Of a stretch of 32,000 bases of DNA, positions 8,077-14,962 are shown piece after piece. The stretch comes from Phycisphaera mikurensis NBRC 102666 (lineage in GTDB: Bacteria > Planctomycetota > Phycisphaerae > Phycisphaerales > Phycisphaeraceae), in contig NC_017080.1 of NCBI RefSeq assembly GCF_000284115.1, positions 90,001 to 122,000 on the forward strand, read 5' to 3'. Position 1 is the stretch's first letter. Each line of letters starts with the position of its first letter. Under the pieces are notes generated by a model. That model worked only from the letters and a program-made list of their open reading frames with translations, was not told where the DNA came from and made no database searches. Position numbers and translations under genes: made by a program.

Positions 8077-9617
8077 CCCGATCGCTGCCTGACCCCGTCG
8101 CCGCCGCGGCGACCGCCTCGCCGCCCTACCGCACCGGTGACGCCGCCAAGCCAGAGGACGCCCGCCACCTGCCCCGCGTTCCCAGCGGGGTGCCCGGCCT
8201 CGACCAGCTGTTCCGCGGCGGCTTCCCGGCGGAGCGACCCCTGGTCGTCTGCGGCTCGGCGGGCAGCGGCAAGACGGTGCTCTGCTCGCAGTTTCTCTAC
8301 CACGGGGCGGTGCACCACGACGCCCCGGGGGTCTTCGTGAGCTTCGAGGAGCCGCCGGAGTCGCTACGCGAGAACCTGCTGGGCTTCGGCTGGGACGTCG
8401 CGAAGCTCGAGTCCGAAGGCCGCTGGACCTTCGTCGACGGCACGCTCGAAGGCGAGGAGGAGGAGGAGGTCCTCGACGGCGGCTTCAGCCTCGACGGCCT
8501 GCGGGCGCGGGTCCGTCACGCGATCGAGAGAACCGGCGCGAAGCGGGTGGCGATCGATTCGCTCGCCACGCTGTTCATGCGCTTCCCCCACGAGGGCGTC
8601 GTCCGCCGCGAACTGGCCTGCTTCTGCGCGATGATCCGCGACGCGGGGGCCACTTCGCTGCTGACGGCGGAGCTGCAGCACGGCGAGGTCGAGCAGACCC
8701 GCTTCGGCGTCGAGGAATACGTCGGCGACGGCGTGCTGATCCTCCGCCACGACCTCGACGACCTGCAGCAGCGGCACCGCACGCTGGAGGTGGTGAAGCT
8801 GCGGGGCGGCGAGCACGCCACCGGGCGGTTCCCCTTCTCGATCGATCGCTTCCACGGGGTGACCGCCGTCTCGGTGGGGTCGCTCCGCCTGGGGCAGCCC
8901 TCCGGCGGCGAGCGGATCGGCAGCGGGTCCGATGCGCTCGACGAGATGCTCCACGGCGGCTTCTTCCGCGACTCGGTCACGATCGTCGCCGGGGCGACCG
9001 GCACCGGCAAGACGCTCACCGCCACCCAGTTCGTGCACGGAGCTCACCAGGCGGGCGAGCGGGCGGTGTTCCTGGGGTACGAGGAGTCGCGCAGCCAGCT
9101 GGTCCGCAACGCCGGCAGCTGGGGCGTGGACTTCGAGGCGATGGAGAAGCAGGGCAACCTTCGGATCCACTGCCAGTACCCCGAGTCGGCTTCGCTCGCC
9201 CAGCACCTCTCGGGCATCAGCGACCTGCTCGAGGAGTTCCGGCCCCAGCGGCTGGTCATCGACAGCCTCTCGGCCTTCCGCCGCATCGGCAACGAGCACG
9301 CCTTCCGCAGCTTCATGATCAGCCTCACCGCGATCATCAAGGAGCTGCAGATCGCCGGCCTCTACACCGTGACCAGCGACCGGCTGTACGGCGCCCCCGA
9401 AGCGACGACCCAGAACGTCTCCACCCTCACCGACTCCATCATCCTGCTGCGCTACCTGGAGGACGGCGGCTCGGTGAGCCGGGCCATCGGCGTCCTGAAG
9501 ATGCGCGGAAGCGGCCACGACCCGGCCTTCCGCCGCTTCAGCATCTCCGACGGCGGGATGAGCATCTCCGACCCCGTCGACGAGAACGCGCGGCCGCTCT
9601 CCAGCCGCGGCGGCTGA
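8073..9617 (+). CDS. kaiC: Circadian clock protein KaiC homologue (double RecA-like ATPase, 514 aa)
   Basis: Track ORF 7281..9617 trimmed to the first ATG after kaiB. It has two Walker A motifs (GSAGSGKT, GATGTGKT), catalytic acidic pairs (VSFEEPP, GYEESR), and APEATTQNVSTLTD aligning to the T426/S431/T432 phosphosite region. Similarity to S. elongatus KaiC as I recall it is collinear along the whole length. Confidence 0.95.
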   Translation: MTRSLPDPVAAAATASPPYRTGDAAKPEDARHLPRVPSGVPGLDQLFRGGFPAERPLVVCGSAGSGKTVLCSQFLYHGAVHHDAPGVFVSFEEPPESLRENLLGFGWDVAKLESEGRWTFVDGTLEGEEEEEVLDGGFSLDGLRARVRHAIERTGAKRVAIDSLATLFMRFPHEGVVRRELACFCAMIRDAGATSLLTAELQHGEVEQTRFGVEEYVGDGVLILRHDLDDLQQRHRTLEVVKLRGGEHATGRFPFSIDRFHGVTAVSVGSLRLGQPSGGERIGSGSDALDEMLHGGFFRDSVTIVAGATGTGKTLTATQFVHGAHQAGERAVFLGYEESRSQLVRNAGSWGVDFEAMEKQGNLRIHCQYPESASLAQHLSGISDLLEEFRPQRLVIDSLSAFRRIGNEHAFRSFMISLTAIIKELQIAGLYTVTSDRLYGAPEATTQNVSTLTDSIILLRYLEDGGSVSRAIGVLKMRGSGHDPAFRRFSISDGGMSISDPVDENARPLSSRGG

Positions 9618-9620
9618 TGC

Positions 9621-10844
9621 GTGCGGACCCGGGCACCGGAGAAAGCCCCCCGGGCCCCTCCGGATGCCCCTACCCCATCGTGTAGAATCGGTTCGGCCCG
9701 GCCGCACCCGCCTCCTCCGTTGCCAACCCGCTTGGACGTCGATTTCATCCAGCTCGTGCGCGTGAACGCCGACGGCATGCTCGTGCTCGATGAGCACGGC
9801 ACGATCCGGCACGCGAACCCGGCCGCCGCCCGGCTGCTCGGCCAGCCGGTGGAAGCCCTGCGCGGCGAACCCTTCGGCGTGCCGCTGGCGCCCGAGGAGG
9901 TGGCCGATGGCGAGGAGCCCCTGCCGGTGGAGATCGGCATCCACCGGCCGCGTCACCCCGAGCGGCCGCGGGGGACCGCCCAGCTGCGCTGCGCCCCCTG
10001 CCGCTGGGAGGGCGCCCCCGCGACGCTGGTCAGCCTCCGCGACGTGACCGAGCACAAGGTGCTGGTGGAGGAGCTGCGGACCCGCCAGCGCCGGCTGCGA
10101 ACGCTCTCGGCCGCGCTGCAGCAGGCGCACCTGGTGGAGCAAGCGCGGGTGTCCACGCTCGTCGCGGAGGCGGTGGAGCAGCCGATCCGGGCGGCGCGGG
10201 CGGAGGCCCGGGCCGCCGGCCCCGCCGAGGCGGGCGGCGGCAGAGCCGGCCTCAACGGCTCGGCGCAGCGGATCGTGAACTACCTGGACACGGCCCTGCG
10301 GGCCGCCGCCGAGGCCCGCGAGGAGCTGGCGCCGCCGGCCCTGCACGAGGGCGGCCTGGCGGTGGCGACCCGCTGGCTCGGCGAGCGCTACCGGCAGCGG
10401 CACAACCTCCAGGTGCGGGTCCGCGTGGAGCCCGGGTTCGAGGAGCCCGCGGACGACCGGCTCCGCGGCTTCCTGTTCCTCGCGGTCCGCGAGCTGCTCG
10501 GCAACGTGGTGCAGCACGCCGCGACCCCGCTCGCCGAGGTCGTGCTCGCCCACGACGCGACCCGGGGCCTCCACCGCTTGGAGGTGAGCGACCGCGGCGT
10601 GGGCTACGCCACCACCCGGCCGCACGACCTGGACCGCTCCTCGCGGCGGCCGCTGCGGGGGTTGGGGCTGTTCAATCTGCAGGAGGCGGTGACCCACCGC
10701 GGCGGCGACTTCCGCATCGAGTCCGGCCCCGGCGAGGGCACCCGCGTCAGCCTCCGCGTGCCCTCCGACGCGATGCGGAGCGACCCCGGAGCGGAGGCTT
10801 TCGCTCCGGCGGCGGCGGCGGCCGAGGCGGCGGGCGTGCCTTGA
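9621..10844 (+). CDS. PAS-domain sensor histidine-kinase-like protein (HisKA_3/NarL-type dimerisation region plus HATPase_c)
   Basis: PAS core ADGMLVLDEHGTIRHANPAAARLLGQP...SLRDVTEHK. HATPase_c motifs are N-box RELLGNVVQHA, G1 DRGVG, G2 GLGLFNL, and GEGTRVSLRVP. The start is uncertain: GTG 9621 (4 nt after the kaiC stop), or TTG 9720 or 9732, which would drop a Pro/Arg-rich 33-37 aa leader. A -10-like TAGAAT at 9683-9688 favours the later starts. Confidence 0.82.
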   Translation: MRTRAPEKAPRAPPDAPTPSCRIGSARPHPPPPLPTRLDVDFIQLVRVNADGMLVLDEHGTIRHANPAAARLLGQPVEALRGEPFGVPLAPEEVADGEEPLPVEIGIHRPRHPERPRGTAQLRCAPCRWEGAPATLVSLRDVTEHKVLVEELRTRQRRLRTLSAALQQAHLVEQARVSTLVAEAVEQPIRAARAEARAAGPAEAGGGRAGLNGSAQRIVNYLDTALRAAAEAREELAPPALHEGGLAVATRWLGERYRQRHNLQVRVRVEPGFEEPADDRLRGFLFLAVRELLGNVVQHAATPLAEVVLAHDATRGLHRLEVSDRGVGYATTRPHDLDRSSRRPLRGLGLFNLQEAVTHRGGDFRIESGPGEGTRVSLRVPSDAMRSDPGAEAFAPAAAAAEAAGVP

Positions 10845-12364
10845 GCCCGCGGCCCGCCACGCCCGCCGGGCGGCTGGGCGTGATCCGCCGCTTCCGCCGG
10901 CTGCTCGCCGCCCGCGCGCTGCCGATCGCCCGCCGCGTCGCCGCCGCGTCGCCCGCCCGCCCGCCCGGCGACGCCGGCGCCGCCGAGGTGCTCGCCTCGG
11001 AGGTGCTCCCGCTGCTCGCCGCCGCGCGCTTCCTGGAGAGGGAAGCGCGCTTCTGGCTGCGGCCGCAGAAGCTGGGCACGCGTGGCCGGCCGCTGTGGCT
11101 CACCGGCAGCCGGGCGGTGATCCACCGCGTGCCCCACGGCCTCGTCGCGGTCATCGCCGCCGGCAACTACCCGCTGCTGCTGCCCGGCGTGCAGGTCCTC
11201 CAAGCGCTGGCGGCGGGCAACGACGTGGCGCTCAAGCCGGCCCCGGCCGGGGTCGAGGCCGCGCGCTGGCTGTGCGAGCTGCTCGGCGAGGCGGGGCTGC
11301 CCCCAGGGGCGCTGCGGGTGACCGGCAGCGCGGTGGAGGACGCCGGGCCGCTGCTCAGCGGCCCCGACGCCGCGGACCTCGTGCTGGTGACCGGCGGCGA
11401 GCGGGCCGCCGCCGCCGTGGCCGAGGCCTGCGCGCGGCGGCTGGTGCCCTGCGTCATCGAGGCCTCCGGCTGCGACGCCGCGTTCGTGCTCGCCGGCGCC
11501 GACCTCGGCCTCGCCGCATCCGCGGTCGCCTGGGGGCTCCGCCTCAACGGCTCGCAGACCTGCATCGCCCCGCGCCGCGTGCTCGTCGACGCGGCGGTGG
11601 GCGAGGGGCTCGAGGCCGAGCTGTGCCGCGCGTTGCCCGCGGGGCGGCGCGTGCCGGTGGACCCCGCGGCGATGGCCGCCGCGGCGCCGCGGATCGAGGC
11701 CGCGCTGGCCGCCGGCGCCCGCGCGGTCCGCGGGTCGTGGACGCCCGGCGCGGCCGACGCCGAGCCCTACGTGATCGTCGACGCCGACCCGTCGATGGAG
11801 CTGCTGCGCACCGACAGCTTCGCCCCGGTCACCGCCATCTGCGCGGGCCTCGCCGGCCCCGACGGTCTGGTCGACGCCGACGCGGCGTGCCCGTACGCGC
11901 TGGGCGCCTCGGTCTTCGGCCCCGCCCGCGAGGCCTCCGCGCTGGCGGGCCGGCTCCGCGCCGGCGTCGTCGTGGTCAACGACCTGATCGCCCCCACCGC
12001 CGACCCGCGGCTGCCTTTCGGCGGGACCGGCTCCAGCGGCCACGGCGTCACCCGCGGCGCCGAGGGCCTGATCGCGATGACCCGCCCGCGCGTGCTGATC
12101 CGCCGCGGCGGCGCCTTCCGCCCCCACTACCTCCCGCCCGCCGACGCCGACGCCCCCGCCTTCGCCGCCCTCGCCGCCGGCCTCCACGGCGAGGGACTGC
12201 TCCGCCGCCTCCGGTCGCTGAAGGCGGCGCTGCCGGGGCTCAAAGCCATCGCCGACCGCGGGAAGGCCGCCGGAGGTTCGGGGAGCGGCGCTCCGCTCGC
12301 CACGGAGGACGCGGCGCCCCAGGAGCGCGAAGCGGAGGCAGAGGCTTTCGCGCGTCTCGGCTGA
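10841..12364 (+). CDS. Aldehyde dehydrogenase family protein
   Basis: ALDH motifs VAVIAAGNYP, ALKPAP, VTGG, catalytic Glu in IEASGCD and catalytic Cys in NGSQTCIAPRRVLV, plus C-terminal PFGGTGSSGHG. The TTG start overlaps the kinase stop (TTGA, 10841-10844); an alternative GTG lies at 10880. Confidence 0.85.
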   Translation: MSPRPATPAGRLGVIRRFRRLLAARALPIARRVAAASPARPPGDAGAAEVLASEVLPLLAAARFLEREARFWLRPQKLGTRGRPLWLTGSRAVIHRVPHGLVAVIAAGNYPLLLPGVQVLQALAAGNDVALKPAPAGVEAARWLCELLGEAGLPPGALRVTGSAVEDAGPLLSGPDAADLVLVTGGERAAAAVAEACARRLVPCVIEASGCDAAFVLAGADLGLAASAVAWGLRLNGSQTCIAPRRVLVDAAVGEGLEAELCRALPAGRRVPVDPAAMAAAAPRIEAALAAGARAVRGSWTPGAADAEPYVIVDADPSMELLRTDSFAPVTAICAGLAGPDGLVDADAACPYALGASVFGPAREASALAGRLRAGVVVVNDLIAPTADPRLPFGGTGSSGHGVTRGAEGLIAMTRPRVLIRRGGAFRPHYLPPADADAPAFAALAAGLHGEGLLRRLRSLKAALPGLKAIADRGKAAGGSGSGAPLATEDAAPQEREAEAEAFARLG

Positions 12365-12365
12365 G

Positions 12366-12392
12366 TTTTTCGGCGGCCGATGCCCGGGTGCC
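12366..12392 (+). repeat. Truncated copy (left end only) of the palindromic intergenic element family
   Basis: GGCGGCCGATGCCCGGGTGCC at 12372-12392 is a 21/21 match to 31557-31577. The preceding GTTTTTC resembles GTTTCTC in copy B. It starts 2 nt after the ALDH stop codon. Confidence 0.6.
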
Positions 12393-12465
12393 GAGCATCT
12401 TCGTCGTGCCTCCGCGTCCTCTCGCGATCCGCGGAGCGCTCCCCCGAAGCCGTACGTTCTCCGCC

Positions 12466-13974
12466 ATGCCCGCCGCCTCCAAGCCCGTCGTCACCCGCTT
12501 CGCCCCCTCGCCCACGGGGGAGCTGCACGTGGGCGGGGCCCGCACGGCGCTGTACAGCTGGGCGCTGGCCCGCCGCCACGGGGGCCGGTTCCTGCTGCGC
12601 TTCGAGGACACCGACCTCGCCCGGAGCTCCGCCGCCGCCGCCGACCGCATCCGCGCCGACCTCGCCTGGTTCGGGCTGGACTGGGACAACGAAGGCGGCG
12701 TCGTGCCCCGCCAGAGCGAGCGGCACGCCGCGGGCGTCTACGACGCCGCCGTGGACACGCTGCTGAGCGCGGGCCGGGCGTACGAGCGGGACGGCGCGGT
12801 GCTGTTCCGCTTCGGCTGCGACACCGCGTTCGAGGACGCCGTCTACGGGTGCGTCGAGACGCCGGCCTCCGACAACCGCGACTTCGTGATCCGCAAGGGC
12901 GTCGCCGGCGGCGGCATGCCCACCTTCCACCTCGCCGTCGTCGTCGACGACCACGACGCGGGCGTCACCCACGTCGTCCGCGGCCAGGAGCACCTCAGCA
13001 ACACGCCCAAGCACGCGGCGTTGTGCGACGCCCTGGGCTTCGACCGCCCGGTGTGGGCGCACACGCCGTCGATTCTCAACCCCGGCGGCTCGAAGATGAG
13101 CAAGCGCGACAAGGCCAAGGCCGCCCGCCTCGGCGCCGCGGAGAACCCAAGGCAGGAGCTGGTCGTGCCCGGCGTGACGCCCGACGCGCTCGCCGCCTTC
13201 CTCGCCAAGGACAACGACGACACCGCCATCGCCACCGCCATCGCCGCGGCGCTGGACCTCGCGCTGCCCGCCGTCGAGGTCGCCGACTTCCGCAGGGCCG
13301 GATACCTGCCCGGCGTCGTCGCCAACTACGTCGCCCTGCTGGGCTGGAACCCCGGCGACGGCCGCGAGCGGCTCTCGATGGAAGAGATCGCCCGGGCCTT
13401 CGACCTTGGGCGCGTGAACCGAGCGAACAGCACCTTCGACCGGGCCAAGCTCGCCGCCTTCTCGCAGGACACGCTGATCGCGATGGAGCCGGCCGCCTTC
13501 GCCGCCGCCCTCCGCGACCACCTCGCGGCGTACCGGGCCGGTTTTCTCGCGGCGCTGGGCCTGGAGAAAATCGACGCCTTTGCCGCGCTGTACCAGCAGC
13601 GGGCCGTCACCCTCGACGACCCGGCCTCCGCCGGCCGCTTCTTCGTCGAGCCGCCCGCCGCCTACGACGCCAAGGCCGTCAAGAAGAACCTGACCCGCCA
13701 GGACGGCGCCGGCCTCGCCCACCTCGCCGCCGCCCGCGATGCGCTCGCCGGCGTGGAGACCTTCGACGAGGCCCGCGTGCAGGCGGCGCTCGAGGCGCTC
13801 GCGGCCGAGCGGGAGCTGCCGCACCTGGGCGCCATCGCCCAGCCCCTCCGCGTCGCCCTCACCGGCACCGCCGTCTCCCCGGACATCGCCGCGACCGTCG
13901 CCCTGCTGGGCCGGGAGGAGGTGCTCGCACGCATCGACCGCTGCGTCGAACGCTTCTCGGGCGGTGGGGGTTGA
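12466..13974 (+). CDS. gltX: Glutamate--tRNA ligase (glutamyl-tRNA synthetase)
   Basis: Track ORF 11095..13974 trimmed to ATG 12466. VVTRFAPSPTGELHVGGARTALYSW is the HIGH-type motif, with RFEDTD and the KMSKRD motif also present. Confidence 0.95.
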   Translation: MPAASKPVVTRFAPSPTGELHVGGARTALYSWALARRHGGRFLLRFEDTDLARSSAAAADRIRADLAWFGLDWDNEGGVVPRQSERHAAGVYDAAVDTLLSAGRAYERDGAVLFRFGCDTAFEDAVYGCVETPASDNRDFVIRKGVAGGGMPTFHLAVVVDDHDAGVTHVVRGQEHLSNTPKHAALCDALGFDRPVWAHTPSILNPGGSKMSKRDKAKAARLGAAENPRQELVVPGVTPDALAAFLAKDNDDTAIATAIAAALDLALPAVEVADFRRAGYLPGVVANYVALLGWNPGDGRERLSMEEIARAFDLGRVNRANSTFDRAKLAAFSQDTLIAMEPAAFAAALRDHLAAYRAGFLAALGLEKIDAFAALYQQRAVTLDDPASAGRFFVEPPAAYDAKAVKKNLTRQDGAGLAHLAAARDALAGVETFDEARVQAALEALAAERELPHLGAIAQPLRVALTGTAVSPDIAATVALLGREEVLARIDRCVERFSGGGG

Positions 13975-14115
13975 GGGATGGCGAAGGGGGGCCGGGTCGC
14001 TTGCGGGGTGGTGATCGCCGGAGGCGACGCCAGCGGGGGCGCGGATCGGCCGCGTGTCCTGCGGACACCCCACCCCGCGAGCGGCGTGGCACCCGCGCAT
14101 CGGCCGCTCGGAAAT
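13954..14115. repeat. Palindromic intergenic element, copy A (~162 bp), filling the gltX/uppS convergent junction
   Basis: Shares with copy B the left flank TTCTCGGGCGG, left arm GCTTGCGG.., a 23-nt identical right arm ACCCCGCGAGCGGCGTGGCACCC (14072-14094) and the right end CTCGGAAAT. The 52-nt core (14014-14065) matches copy B only as reverse complement (47/52). Confidence 0.75.
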
Positions 14116-14837
14116 CAAGTGGAAGGCGTAGGAACCTCCGGCACCCCGCCGAAGCGGCGGACGCGGCCGTGGAAGCTCGCGAAGGCGGCCGCGAGGGCGG
14201 CGTTGTCGAAATCGGGCCAGAGGGTGTCGGTGACGTAGAGCTCCGCGTACGACAGCTGCCACAGCAGGAAATTGGACAGCCGCATCTCCCCGGCGGTGCG
14301 GATGAGCAGGTCGGGATCGGGCAGGCCGGCGGTGGTCAGCTCCGCCGAGAAGGCGGCCTCGTCGATCGCCGCCGGGTCCAGGCCGCCCGCCACCGCCCGG
14401 CGGGCGAGCGTGCGTGCCGCCGCGACGATCTCCGCCCGGCTGCCGTAGTTGATCGCGAGGCACAGCGTCATCGCGTCGTTGGCCGCCGTCGCCTCCTCCA
14501 CCTCGGCGAAGGCGTCGAGCACCTCGGCGGGAAGCCCCTCCCGGGCGCCGAGCCGGCGCAGCCGGATCCCGTTCGCCTGGAACAGCGGCAGCTCGCTGGC
14601 GAGGTACGCCACGCACAGCCGCATGAGGTGGTGCACCTCCTCCTTCTCGCGGGCCCAGTTCTCCGTGGAGAACGAGTACAGCGAGACCGCCTCCACCCCC
14701 AGCTCGCGGCACCGCGTCACCAGCGGCCGCACCGCCTCCACCCCCGCCGTGTGCCCCGCCGACCGCGGCTTGCCCCTGGAGGTCGCCCAACGCCCGTTGC
14801 CGTCCATGATCACCGCGAGGTGACGGGGGATGCTCAT
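14115..14837 (-). CDS. uppS: Isoprenyl transferase (undecaprenyl-diphosphate synthase, UppS)
   Basis: Track ORF 14115..14966 trimmed to the ATG (CAT 14835-14837), giving MSIPRHLAVIMDGNGRWA. Also has SLYSFSTENWAR and LLIRTAGEMRLSNFLLWQ motifs. Confidence 0.93.
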   Translation of the reverse strand: MSIPRHLAVIMDGNGRWATSRGKPRSAGHTAGVEAVRPLVTRCRELGVEAVSLYSFSTENWAREKEEVHHLMRLCVAYLASELPLFQANGIRLRRLGAREGLPAEVLDAFAEVEEATAANDAMTLCLAINYGSRAEIVAAARTLARRAVAGGLDPAAIDEAAFSAELTTAGLPDPDLLIRTAGEMRLSNFLLWQLSYAELYVTDTLWPDFDNAALAAAFASFHGRVRRFGGVPEVPTPST

Positions 14838-14962
14838 CGTTGGGGCCTCGGCGGCGGGTTGCGGGTCGGGTCGCTGCGCGCCATCGCACGCCCTCCAACC
14901 CCCGGGATCTGCGTTCATCTGCGCCATGCCTCGGTTCCGGGACAGCTCCAGACGCGGCCGCC

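Noticed and set aside
9683-9688. TAGAAT -10-like hexamer between kaiC and the PAS kinase
   Set aside because: It is striking in this GC context, but there is no convincing -35 at a 17-bp spacing, and it lies inside the longest version of the kinase ORF. I kept it only as an argument about start-codon choice, not as a called promoter.
4119-10697. Long ORFs 4119..6635(+), 4231..5847(-), 5978..7567(-) and 8364..10697(-)
   Set aside because: They are antisense or off-frame to well-supported genes (exported protein, mnmA, kaiC, kinase). Their Gly/Arg/Asp/His-rich compositions carry no motifs, so they are high-GC artefacts.
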